Below are positions 1-8,226 of a stretch of DNA of 64,000 nucleotides, piece by piece. The position numbers were made by a program, and so were the translations under genes. How positions within the stretch are numbered: position 1 is the stretch's first letter; each line of letters opens with the position of its first letter. Location: the IMG/VR virus record IMGVR_UViG_3300029288_000080, positions 1 to 64,000 of that record. The stretch is one strand, 5' to 3'. Below the pieces are notes generated by a model. The model was not told where the DNA came from and made no database searches. It was given only the letters and a program-made list of their open reading frames with translations. This DNA is from a virus (taxonomy: Duplodnaviria > Caudoviricetes).

Positions 1-86
1 GGAAACCTCCACCTGGGCGATTGGTATCCAGGTGCCTTTGGCGCGAGCACACCTGACGATCCTGTCTTTTCTTTTCGAGGTGGTGA

Positions 87-374
87 ATGAAGCGTGCATC
101 CCGTAGAGCGGCCCGGACTCGCCTGTTGCGTCGCTGGCTCCGAAGGATTCGGGTCAAGTGGCGCCGCAGATTTCCTCCGGGGTCCATTGATCTCCCTGAT
201 GACGAAATCCTACTGGCCGCCACCACCCGGGTCGAGACCCACGCGGATATCAGGAACCACCCACGAAAAACCTGCAGTTACTGCAACCCATGGTTTCGTC
301 GGCGCAAGCAAGAGAAAATCCTGGACCAAGACCTTCGGCGAGAAATGGCCGAACTCTCAACGAAGTCAGAGTAG
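87..374 (+). CDS. Arg-rich small protein with CSxC motif (similar to 13280..13567)
   Basis: GAGGTGG SD before ATG; basic N-terminus and RKTCSYC motif. Confidence 0.6.
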   Translation: MKRASRRAARTRLLRRWLRRIRVKWRRRFPPGSIDLPDDEILLAATTRVETHADIRNHPRKTCSYCNPWFRRRKQEKILDQDLRREMAELSTKSE

Positions 375-400
375 AATAACCCACAACCAAAGGAACCATC

Positions 401-613
401 ATGAACGACATCTCCACCCCTGACCTGCCGTCTGCCCCCGCGGTGATCCCTGGGGACGCCCAGGCCCATCAGGACCTCGTTGCCCTGACGCCCGAGCAGC
501 TTGCCCACCAGGCCCGAATGGCCAGGTTGGCCCAAGCCAACCTGGATGCTGCTGAAGCCAAGCGGCTTCGCCGGCAGGCCAGAAACTTGCTGGTCCAGCC
601 ACGAACCGCTTGA
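401..613 (+). CDS. hypothetical protein, paralog of 645..848
   Basis: AAGGA SD; shares AAEAKRLRRQARNL. Confidence 0.65.
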   Translation: MNDISTPDLPSAPAVIPGDAQAHQDLVALTPEQLAHQARMARLAQANLDAAEAKRLRRQARNLLVQPRTA

Positions 614-644
614 CATCTGCCAGCCTACCTGATAAGGTTTAGCC
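610..644 (+). promoter_or_regulatory. sigma70-type promoter, leaderless
   Basis: TTGACA-17-TAAGGT, 6 nt to ATG 645. Confidence 0.7.
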
Positions 645-848
645 ATGTCACAGGAAACCACCCCGAATATCGCACTCGCTGCTGTCCTGGGCCTCATGGC
701 CCCTTACCTACCTGAGCATCCAGGGGAGCCAGTGTTACCCCTCACCGAGGAAGAGCAGGCCCTGGCCGACAAGATCCGAGACCAACGGATTTCGGCCGCC
801 GAGGCCAAGCGGCTCCGCCGGCAGGCCAGGAACCTGAAGAATCAGTAG
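645..848 (+). CDS. hypothetical protein, paralog of 401..613
   Basis: shares AAEAKRLRRQARNL. Confidence 0.65.
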   Translation: MSQETTPNIALAAVLGLMAPYLPEHPGEPVLPLTEEEQALADKIRDQRISAAEAKRLRRQARNLKNQ

Positions 849-877
849 ATGACCGAGGGGTCGGTCAAGCCCCTTGC

Positions 878-950
878 TCCGGGGTCGACAAATGGTAAGT
901 CACGGGTTTTTGGTGCCCGCATTTTGCAGGTTCGAATCCTGCCCCCGGAA
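878..950 (+). tRNA. tRNA-Gln(TTG)
   Basis: TCCGGGG/CCCCGGA acceptor; CGGGT-TTTTGGT-GCCCG anticodon arm; TTCGAAT T-loop. Confidence 0.9.
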
Positions 951-984
951 AATAGTTCAGGCGTCTAAACAGGAGGCCATTAAA

Positions 985-1206
985 ATGCCAGCAGCACAGA
1001 GGCAGCGCGAGTGGGAATGGGACAACCTTGTACGGGCCCGGATGGTTGAGGTCGGGGATCGGCTCATGCGTGAAGACCCTGCTGCCCCCATGGTGAAGAT
1101 CAGGAACGTGGCCATGGCGATTGCCAGGCAGGAACTGGTTGCAGAAAAGGTTATCCCTGGGGTCTACAGAACCGAGTTGTTACCAACGGTCGGGTTACCC
1201 TTTTGA
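985..1206 (+). CDS. hypothetical protein
   Basis: AGGAGG SD before ATG 985. Confidence 0.6.
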   Translation: MPAAQRQREWEWDNLVRARMVEVGDRLMREDPAAPMVKIRNVAMAIARQELVAEKVIPGVYRTELLPTVGLPF

Positions 1207-1215
1207 CGTAAATGT

Positions 1216-1610
1216 GTCCGGATGGCGAAACTAGGTAGACGCAAGGGACTTCTTGAAATTGGAGCACCGAGGCAGAAATGCCCCTGGTGAATGGAGCCAA
1301 ATTCGGTGAACGGCCTGTTGTCGGGTAAAACTGAACCTCCCCGCTTCTGCGTGGCCTTTCCTTGTTACGACAAGGAATCAGGTTTTACTTGACTGCGACC
1401 CAACGCCGAGCCAAGCCGTGCATTATGTCAGCACAGAAGGTGTAGAGGCCAGACGGTTCCCACCTGACCACTGGGCGAATGCGCTCAGCAGAAGGCGAAG
1501 GCATGGTCCAGACCACGAACGGCCGCTCTTGCGGAACGGCGGCGAAAGCCGAAGTGGTAAGAAAATCCCTCGGGGGCAACCTCGTACCGGTTCAATTCCG
1601 GTTCCGGACA
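1216..1610 (+). tRNA. tRNA-Leu(TAA), intron-containing (exons 1216-1251 and 1562-1610)
   Basis: joined exons give AGGGA-CTTAAAA-TCCCT arm, long variable arm and GTCCGGA/TCCGGAC acceptor. Confidence 0.92.
1252..1561 (+). ncRNA. group I self-splicing intron in the tRNA-Leu anticodon
   Basis: follows exon U, ends in G; core-like elements AAATTCGGTGAA, AACGCCGAGCCAAG, GGTGTAGAGGCCAGACGG, AAGGCATGGTCCA. Confidence 0.9.
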
Positions 1611-1616
1611 TCTTTA

Positions 1617-1700
1617 GCACGGGTGGCGTAATTGGCAGCCGCGCAGGTCCTAGGAACCTGTGGTCGCAAGACCGTGCGGGATCATGGCCCGCTCCGTGCA
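1617..1700 (+). tRNA. tRNA-Leu(TAG), atypical (C33, T-loop ATCATGG)
   Basis: CAGGT-CCTAGGA-ACCTG arm; long variable arm. Confidence 0.8.
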
Positions 1701-1720
1701 TTTCGGTAAAATAGATTCGT

Positions 1721-1804
1721 GCCGGTATGGCGAAATTGGCATACGCAATGGATTCAAAATCCATCGTCTTAACAGACATTCCGGTTCAACCCCGGATACC
1801 GGCA
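1721..1804 (+). tRNA. tRNA-Leu(CAA)
   Basis: ATGGA-TTCAAAA-TCCAT arm; GCCGGTA/TACCGGC acceptor. Confidence 0.92.
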
Positions 1805-1838
1805 TCTAGTTTTCTGCAAGCGAAAGGCACACGATTAA

Positions 1839-3023
1839 ATGTCCACACCCAGTCCCATTGATGTCGCTTTTTCGTTCGACTCGACCGGCAGCATGTTTCC
1901 ATGCCTCACTCAGGTCCGCAGGGTCGTCGGTGAAACCACGAGACAGCTGTTCGCCCTGGTGCCCAACCTGCATGTCGGCATCATGGCTCACGGCGACTAC
2001 TGCGACGGCCCTGACTTCCTCACGGTCCTGGATCTCACTGATAACCAAGCCCAGATCTGCGATTTTGTCCAGACCGTCAAGGCGACCAATGGGGGCGACA
2101 ATCCCGAGGCTTACGAAAGTGTGCTCGCGCGGGCCAGGTCACTCCGGTGGCGCAGCGGCCACGCCAAGGTCTTGGTGCTGATCGGCGACGACGAGCCCCA
2201 CGGGCCCAGTTACCCCCAGAACACCAACCATTTGGACTGGCGCAACGAGGCTGGGCTGCTCCACGAGCAAGGGATCCACATCTACGCGGTCCAGGCGCTG
2301 GCCCGGTATCACGCTGCTCCTTTCTACCGGGAGTTGGCCCAGATCGGCTATGGGGTCCACCTGGAACTTCACCAATTCAGCGCTGTGCAAGAGTTGATCC
2401 TGGCCGTGTGCTACCAGCAGGCGGGCCCCGAGGCCATCCAGCGGTACGAACAGCAGGTCCAGGATTCTGGCCGCATGACCGATTCTGTCGGGGCCATGTT
2501 CGACACGCTGGCTGGCAGGACCGTCCGGGCGGTCCACCGGGCCCCTGCGCCCACGCCATGGCGGATCGGGGGTCCTGGTACCCCCTGCGCCCCCAAGCCC
2601 GCTGGCAAGTCCTCGGGGCCCCTCGGGGCCGTGAAGATCGGGACCGTCGAGGTCAAGGAAGCGGACCTGACCCCGGTGCACCCGTCTAGGTTCCAGATCC
2701 TCGCGGTGGACCGCGACGTCGACATCAAGGGGTTCGTCCAGGAGAACAGCCTGGTCTTCAAGGTCGGGCGCGGGTTCTACCAGTTCACCAAGACGGTGGA
2801 AGTCCAGAACCATAAGGAAGTGGTCCTTTGCTGCGACGCCACCGGGGCCATGTGGACTGGCCGGGCCGCCAGGGCAATCTTGGGGCTCCCGGACGACCGG
2901 ACCGTGTCGTTGCGGGCGGGCCAGATCCCCGGCTACTCTATTTTCATCCAGTCCACAAGCAACAACAGGAAACTCCTGGCCGGTACAAAATTTCTCTACG
3001 AGATGGCTGACCACCCGGGCTAA
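1839..3023 (+). CDS. von Willebrand factor A domain protein
   Basis: MIDAS-like FDSTGSM, GGDNPEAY and LIGDDEPH motifs; Pro-rich linker then C-terminal domain. Confidence 0.85.
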   Translation: MSTPSPIDVAFSFDSTGSMFPCLTQVRRVVGETTRQLFALVPNLHVGIMAHGDYCDGPDFLTVLDLTDNQAQICDFVQTVKATNGGDNPEAYESVLARARSLRWRSGHAKVLVLIGDDEPHGPSYPQNTNHLDWRNEAGLLHEQGIHIYAVQALARYHAAPFYRELAQIGYGVHLELHQFSAVQELILAVCYQQAGPEAIQRYEQQVQDSGRMTDSVGAMFDTLAGRTVRAVHRAPAPTPWRIGGPGTPCAPKPAGKSSGPLGAVKIGTVEVKEADLTPVHPSRFQILAVDRDVDIKGFVQENSLVFKVGRGFYQFTKTVEVQNHKEVVLCCDATGAMWTGRAARAILGLPDDRTVSLRAGQIPGYSIFIQSTSNNRKLLAGTKFLYEMADHPG

Positions 3024-3044
3024 ACCGCCACAAGGAAAACAGAA

Positions 3045-3317
3045 ATGAGACAAGCCACAGACAAAAAGACCAGTCCGTTGAAGTTGTACATCTGGGACGA
3101 CGACCCATATTTCGAACACGCCACGTCCCCTGGGATTCTGTTCGCGATGGCGACATCCGTCAAGCAAGCACGCGAGTTAATCCTGGCTAAGGTGGACCGT
3201 GACCAGAGTATCTCTCCTAGCACTCGTGACGACATTCTGGTGATACTGACACTGCACCATCCCAATGTTCATCGGGTGCCAGCAGCTGGCTACATCCTGG
3301 CCACCGACGGAGGGTAA
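3045..3317 (+). CDS. hypothetical protein
   Basis: AAGGA SD; co-oriented gene run. Confidence 0.55.
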   Translation: MRQATDKKTSPLKLYIWDDDPYFEHATSPGILFAMATSVKQARELILAKVDRDQSISPSTRDDILVILTLHHPNVHRVPAAGYILATDGG

Positions 3318-3318
3318 C

Positions 3319-3879
3319 GTGCCGAAGTTTCGCATTGATTTCAGCCGTTCGGTCTATTCCACTGCCGAGCAGGAAATCGAGGCCCCAGGGTTCATCCAGG
3401 CCAACAGGATCGCAGATGATCGGTTGCGCCAGGGGCAAATACCTTGGGAACCGGATGGCCAGGACGAAAACTTCGACGTCGAGGAAGTGGACCAGGACGA
3501 CACGGCTGACGAGCAAGACGACCAGGACGACGGCCACGATTTGTTCACCAGGGTCAACGGCACCACCTTCATTTCTCGCCGGTCTGCTCTACAGCTTCTG
3601 TACGGAGACGAATGGACCGAGCGAACACGTATGCGCAATTATGAAATCGAAGACGCCTTGCGGGCCAATGGTCACGGGGATCAAGTGTGCATTTCGGAAT
3701 GGTGTCCGTACGACGGCCGTTTTTGCACCCTGCGGGACCACGTGGCACCTCCGCATCCTCCCTGCACGTACGAGTCGCCGCCATACCAGGACGACTCCAT
3801 TGGGGTTCCGTGGAATGTTTTCGGCGGCGGCCAGGTGTCCAGGCACGTCAGAAGTGACGTGGTAGAAAGCGAGGGCTAA
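3319..3879 (+). CDS. hypothetical acidic protein
   Basis: GGAGG SD before GTG 3319. Confidence 0.55.
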   Translation: MPKFRIDFSRSVYSTAEQEIEAPGFIQANRIADDRLRQGQIPWEPDGQDENFDVEEVDQDDTADEQDDQDDGHDLFTRVNGTTFISRRSALQLLYGDEWTERTRMRNYEIEDALRANGHGDQVCISEWCPYDGRFCTLRDHVAPPHPPCTYESPPYQDDSIGVPWNVFGGGQVSRHVRSDVVESEG

Positions 3880-3880
3880 C

Positions 3881-4165
3881 GTGGCCAGAACGATTCGACT
3901 GGAACAGCAGGACAAGATTTGCTCCATGTGGGTAGACCTGGACCGCCCAGGGGCTTCCTCCATCTTGTTGGCTGAACTGTATCCACCGGACCCAATCGAT
4001 GCTCAAAACTTCCGTTGGTACTGGGTGACAGCATCACACGTATTTGTCAGGTGGCTCGGTGACGCACGTTCGGTGGCGTCGTTGGACCACGCCAGAGAGA
4101 CGGGCTTGAGGTTTCTGGCGTATCTCGTGGATCTGGAAGATCTCTTGGGCATGAGGGAACCATGA
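3881..4165 (+). CDS. hypothetical protein
   Basis: abuts previous gene; GAGG SD. Confidence 0.5.
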   Translation: MARTIRLEQQDKICSMWVDLDRPGASSILLAELYPPDPIDAQNFRWYWVTASHVFVRWLGDARSVASLDHARETGLRFLAYLVDLEDLLGMREP

Positions 4166-4469
4166 GCACCACGGTGCGGTTTGGCCAGACTTTTGTCCTG
4201 TGCGACGCCTACCTGGACCAGGGTCACTACGTCGGGGCGACCCTATCGGTCATGCGTGTACCCAGGATGCCGTGGCCCGTCGTCAAAACCACGACGTCTG
4301 TCAAGATTGTTTGAACCTGCTGGAGTCGGGAAATCCACGGGACAGGGCCCGAGTGTCGTGGCAGCCTGGTGGTCCTCGTGAGTTATTTCACGACGACGCA
4401 TGTGGGTGTGCGCAATGTGACCGTGAACGAACCGTAGACTATCGCTACAACGACGATTGGGACTAAACC

Positions 4470-4790
4470 ATGAAGAAACTGAAGCCAGGACAGCAGTGTT
4501 GCTACATCAAGGAAACCGGCGGCTGTGACTACACCATTGGGTGCGGCGAGACCTTGGTGCCGTTGCCCGACAACTGGACCGACCAAGATGTAGTCGACAT
4601 TTTCAATGACTTTGGCCTGGATGGTCAGGACCATGACGTTGAGGTCGCGTTGGTCGTGACGCTTGACCGCGACGTCATGGATTTGTACCGGCGGAACTGT
4701 GAAGTCTTGCGCCAGGCTGACGAGCAGGACAGCCGAGCACGCAAGTTGGCCGAGTTGGCCCGGTTCAAGCGAGAACTGGGGGTGCTGTGA
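4470..4790 (+). CDS. hypothetical protein
   Basis: co-oriented ORF with phage-like codon use. Confidence 0.55.
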   Translation: MKKLKPGQQCCYIKETGGCDYTIGCGETLVPLPDNWTDQDVVDIFNDFGLDGQDHDVEVALVVTLDRDVMDLYRRNCEVLRQADEQDSRARKLAELARFKRELGVL

Positions 4791-5041
4791 TGCCGATTTT
4801 CAACTATCAGCCAGACGTGCCCGACTCCATCGAGATTGAGTTCGAGGTGTACTGTTCATGCGGGGCTGGCCTGTGCAACCAGACATCAGTGGATGACGAG
4901 CATCGCCGGGGTCGCCGCATCACCGTGGAGCCCTGTGAAGCCTGTATGGAAAAGGCTGCCAGCGAGGCCCGCGAAGCCGCTGAACTGGAGACTGCCCAGC
5001 GCGAGGAATCAAGCGAACGGGCCGAGGCAACAGCACCATGA
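4787..5041 (+). CDS. small Cys-rich (CxC/CxxC) protein
   Basis: GTGA overlap with previous stop. Confidence 0.55.
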   Translation: MMPIFNYQPDVPDSIEIEFEVYCSCGAGLCNQTSVDDEHRRGRRITVEPCEACMEKAASEAREAAELETAQREESSERAEATAP

Positions 5042-5418
5042 CGTTCCAGCATGTCCACATCACGGTCGTGAAGCCACAGGATGCCCTGCACTGTGGGGAT
5101 TGCAACTTGTGCGACGTCGCGGATGGCCTGTCGGTACTCGTCTCTTTCCTTTTTGATTTGTTTCACGAAGTCTACTAGGTCTAGGGACATTCCGTTTTGC
5201 GTGGTCGTGGCGTCATCGTTGACCATTTTCATACCGTGTTCATCGCCCACGAGTTTCTTGGAGCCCGTGATGATGGCCAGGCGGGTCGCCGGGGTCATCT
5301 CAGGAAACGCGGCCTCCAGGAGCGCCACGGCCTTGCCGGGATCCTGGTCGTCGGCCCAGAAGGTCCTGGCCTGCTGGGTAATGAACTCGCCGGTGATGTG
5401 GAACCCAAACGTCGCCAT
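4807..5418 (-). CDS. hypothetical protein (3' end overlaps convergent gene)
   Basis: GAGGA SD; last gene of a minus-strand run. Confidence 0.55.
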   Translation of the reverse strand: MATFGFHITGEFITQQARTFWADDQDPGKAVALLEAAFPEMTPATRLAIITGSKKLVGDEHGMKMVNDDATTTQNGMSLDLVDFVKQIKKERDEYRQAIRDVAQVAIPTVQGILWLHDRDVDMLERHGAVASARSLDSSRWAVSSSAASRASLAAFSIQASQGSTVMRRPRRCSSSTDVWLHRPAPHEQYTSNSISMESGTSG

Positions 5419-5421
5419 GGC

Positions 5422-5658
5422 TTATTCCTCGGTGGTAACGGGGTGTAGGTAGAAATTCTTGGCCCCGACGGCAAGGAGATCGGCAGCGTGGCCATCCCAT
5501 GTGTCTTGGGCCCCGACTGTATCGCCATTGAGCCGGATGGCCCCGTTGTCCAGGAGCCGACGAGCTTCCGCATGACCAGCCACGAAGTTGTGGTTAACCA
5601 GGATCTGCAGCCAGGTGCACCCGGGCTGGGCTCTCGCGGGCGTGATGATGACCGGCAT
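5422..5658 (-). CDS. stand-alone S4-like RNA-binding domain resembling the TyrRS C-terminus
   Basis: EARRLLDNGAIRLNGDTV...LLAVGAKNFY resembles the TyrRS S4 pattern EARRLIxQGAVxING...LxVGKRxF. Confidence 0.75.
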   Translation of the reverse strand: MPVIITPARAQPGCTWLQILVNHNFVAGHAEARRLLDNGAIRLNGDTVGAQDTWDGHAADLLAVGAKNFYLHPVTTEE

Positions 5659-5661
5659 GAT

Positions 5662-6126
5662 TCACTCCTTGGGGCTCAGGACCTTCTTGACCGATTCCGC
5701 CAGGGCCGTGCGGGCCTCATCGTAGCCTGGGTCGCCTGGAACCTGCTGGATGAACAGCCGGGCCCTCGCGGCCAGGTCGGCGGCCCGCTGTTCCAGCGCC
5801 GCGATGTCCAGGCGCTGCTGGATCTGCCGTAGCACCAGGTTGAGGTAGTCCGGGATGTAGGGAGGTGCCAGATCAATCTCGACGCCCTGGCAGGTGGCTC
5901 GGACGCAGCCGGGCGTGGACGCGTCGAACGTGACCGTGGGGATGCCGGGCTCGTGCTTCGACGTGATCAGGTGGGACCACCGCAGGGCCGTGACTTGGCT
6001 GTCAGGTGGCCTGGAGGCGTTGACGGCCTTGACGAGCGCATCGTCGTGGTAGTGGGGGTCTGCCGTCATGTGCTTGTTCAGTGCCGTGATGAGGTCGTGA
6101 TATTGCTGGTGGTCCAGGTATTTCAT
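5662..6126 (-). CDS. hypothetical protein
   Basis: AAGGA SD; operonic spacing. Confidence 0.6.
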   Translation of the reverse strand: MKYLDHQQYHDLITALNKHMTADPHYHDDALVKAVNASRPPDSQVTALRWSHLITSKHEPGIPTVTFDASTPGCVRATCQGVEIDLAPPYIPDYLNLVLRQIQQRLDIAALEQRAADLAARARLFIQQVPGDPGYDEARTALAESVKKVLSPKE

Positions 6127-6152
6127 GGCGACTGTGTTTCCTTTCGGTTAAC

Positions 6153-6440
6153 CTAGAAATTGTAGGGCCCGTAATCGTCTGGAAACCCGTAGAGACGATA
6201 AGGATCCCGCACGGGATCCGTGGCTTCCGCGGCCACGGTAGCGGGGTCAGGGCGGCAGGACCGCCCGAGGTACACGGCCCAGCGCTGCTCTCCCAGGTCG
6301 TCGGCCAGCCGGTAGACCTTGACCAGCGGGTGCAGGTTCCCAGCCTTGACCTGGCTGGCTTGGATGCCTCGCCGCATCGCGGTCGCGGCCTCGAAGCTTG
6401 AGAGCACGGCACAGCGAAACCAATCGTTCTTGCGGGTCAT
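6153..6440 (-). CDS. hypothetical protein, paralog of 6954..7430
   Basis: shared WFRC..FEAATA.RR.IQ..HPLVKVYRL block. Confidence 0.7.
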   Translation of the reverse strand: MTRKNDWFRCAVLSSFEAATAMRRGIQASQVKAGNLHPLVKVYRLADDLGEQRWAVYLGRSCRPDPATVAAEATDPVRDPYRLYGFPDDYGPYNF

Positions 6441-6745
6441 GGCTGCTTTTCCTTGTTGGTGGGTGCCTGCAGAACAGCGAGCCGTTGTCGTGCCCCATCG
6501 ACGGCAGCCATGCGACACAGCATCTCGTCGTCGTCCTGGTCACCGTACTGCTCCAGGGCCGCCAGGGCCTGGATGGTTTCACGGAGGTGCAGTTTGGCCG
6601 CCTCCAAGCAGAACCCGCATCCTGGGCCTTGGCACGGCACCGTTGTGGACGCTGGCACCACTTGGTGATCGTGGGTCTGGAGCGGCGTGTCCACCAGGCG
6701 AATCTCGCCTACCCTATCGGTTGCTTGGTACAACTGCCGGGTCAT
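6437..6745 (-). CDS. hypothetical protein
   Basis: GGAG SD; ATGA coupling. Confidence 0.6.
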   Translation of the reverse strand: MTRQLYQATDRVGEIRLVDTPLQTHDHQVVPASTTVPCQGPGCGFCLEAAKLHLRETIQALAALEQYGDQDDDEMLCRMAAVDGARQRLAVLQAPTNKEKQP

Positions 6746-6748
6746 GGG

Positions 6749-6952
6749 CTACTCCTCCACCAGGACGTTGGCGCCGCACACCGCGCACTCCCACACCTTT
6801 TTCGGTGTGGGTCCGTGGGTGACGTCCGTGTGGTCGTAGGGTGCCACCGACTCCAGGAAATCCCCATTTCCATTCACTGCCCATTCTTGGGTGATGTGGG
6901 CAGTTGTGTAGAACCGGTTGTGTTTGGGATCGTTGGGACAGATGGCTTTCAT
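6749..6952 (-). CDS. small Zn-ribbon-like protein
   Basis: CPNDPKH...CAVCG. Confidence 0.6.
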   Translation of the reverse strand: MKAICPNDPKHNRFYTTAHITQEWAVNGNGDFLESVAPYDHTDVTHGPTPKKVWECAVCGANVLVEE

Positions 6953-6953
6953 G

Positions 6954-7430
6954 TTACTTGCCCTCGTGACGACGGATCATTTCGCCCAGGACGGCCCGGA
7001 GGAAGTCGTCGTAGTCGGTGTTGTAGTAGAAGAAATCGCCCATGTTGGCCATGGGGTCTTTAACGATTGCGGACTTCCAGCCATCCAGGTCCATGTAGAA
7101 TCCAGAGAGCATCTCGCTGATCTGGTCCCCCATGGAGCCCCGAAGATCCTGAACCAACTGGTCGTGGGAACGGCGCTTGGACTCGGGAACGCGCCAGAGA
7201 TCCTCGGGGTCCAGGGCCGAGAGCGCCCAGCGGGCCACCAGGTCGGGATCGGGGACCTGGGCGACGTAGACGCCCCAGCCCGGACGCTTACCCACCAGAC
7301 GGTACACCTTGACGAGCGGGTGCCGCCCGCGGGCGCGCTGGTCACGCTGGATCCATCGGCGCACCGCAGTAGCGGCCTCGAAGGTCTTGACCACCGTGCA
7401 GCGGAACCAGTTGTGTCTTTGGGTCTTCAT
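6954..7430 (-). CDS. hypothetical protein, paralog of 6153..6440
   Basis: shared N-terminal block. Confidence 0.7.
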   Translation of the reverse strand: MKTQRHNWFRCTVVKTFEAATAVRRWIQRDQRARGRHPLVKVYRLVGKRPGWGVYVAQVPDPDLVARWALSALDPEDLWRVPESKRRSHDQLVQDLRGSMGDQISEMLSGFYMDLDGWKSAIVKDPMANMGDFFYYNTDYDDFLRAVLGEMIRRHEGK

Positions 7431-7437
7431 GGTGTTG

Positions 7438-7698
7438 TTACCCAATGCAGCCCGCAGCCACGCGGTTGGCCACGGGGCGGTAGTTGGCGTCGGGGCCCTT
7501 GAACGACAGGGCCACGAGGCTGTCGGCGTAGCCCTTGGTGATGGTTCTGAAGGAGTCGTCCATGCCCCACCGATTCGTCTCCCACAGGTAGAACTGGCCG
7601 TCCTGGCCCCGGATGACCTTGCAGTGATCCCAGACCGGGACCACCAGGTCGGCCACGACGGTGTTGATGCAGGGGGTCTTGGTGGTGCTGGTCTTCAT
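7438..7698 (-). CDS. hypothetical protein (probably leaderless)
   Basis: ATG 7 nt downstream of the -10 element. Confidence 0.55.
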   Translation of the reverse strand: MKTSTTKTPCINTVVADLVVPVWDHCKVIRGQDGQFYLWETNRWGMDDSFRTITKGYADSLVALSFKGPDANYRPVANRVAAGCIG

Positions 7699-7705
7699 AC
7701 CTAGA

Positions 7706-7746
7706 CTTGTAGCACCATGGATTGCGTTTGTCAATCTTTTATTTTG
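7706..7746 (-). promoter_or_regulatory. sigma70-type early promoter, copy 1 of a 39-bp repeat
   Basis: AAAATAAAAGA-TTGACA-17-TACAAG; near-identical to 10298..10336. Confidence 0.75.
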
Positions 7747-7791
7747 CTTTGTGTGGAATCGCGGCGACCAAGGGGTAGGTGAAACCCGAGG

Positions 7792-8226
7792 CTACTTGCC
7801 CCGCGGGCTAATCTGCACGGACCGGAAATACTGGCCCTTGCGGACATCCCACCCAGGCCCGAAAAAGTCCTGCAACTTCTTCAGTTCACTGTCCGTGAGC
7901 GTGTTGGACTCGACGTTCATGATGTTCATCACGCAAATGTTTGCTGTGGCACGCACGTCGCGAGCTTTGGGCATTGAAGGTTCTGGCACTGGCTGGAAAT
8001 CCAGGCTGTAGAACGTAGCCCCCGACAACGCCATGGCGATCTCGCAGATGTGTCCGCGGTGAACCCCGAGGTTCTTGGTAGACCGGCCCTCACAATCTCC
8101 CTCGGTCGTGACCTTCCAGAGCCCCACGGGGGAATCAATGGCAATCACGCGGTTGCGCCTGATTTCTGCTCTCCGCTCCAACTCCTGGACAAGGTCAGCG
8201 TCGTTGAACTCAGACAGGTTTTTCAT
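7792..8226 (-). CDS. hypothetical protein
   Basis: AAGGAG SD before ATG 8226; WKVTTEGDCEGRSTKNLG block. Confidence 0.65.
   Translation of the reverse strand: MKNLSEFNDADLVQELERRAEIRRNRVIAIDSPVGLWKVTTEGDCEGRSTKNLGVHRGHICEIAMALSGATFYSLDFQPVPEPSMPKARDVRATANICVMNIMNVESNTLTDSELKKLQDFFGPGWDVRKGQYFRSVQISPRGK

Noticed and set aside
1385-1779. Homing-endonuclease ORF in the intron
   Set aside because: These ORFs cross the intron core and neighbouring tRNAs and have no nuclease motif.
2139-3167. Long antisense ORFs (also 53206..54462, 55185..56279, 27107..28147)
   Set aside because: They are shadows of GC-rich genes on the opposite strand, with no motifs or SD.
4807-5041. Functional dual-strand overlapping genes
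   Set aside because: More simply explained by run-on of the minus-strand ORF at a convergent junction; nothing supports selection on both frames.
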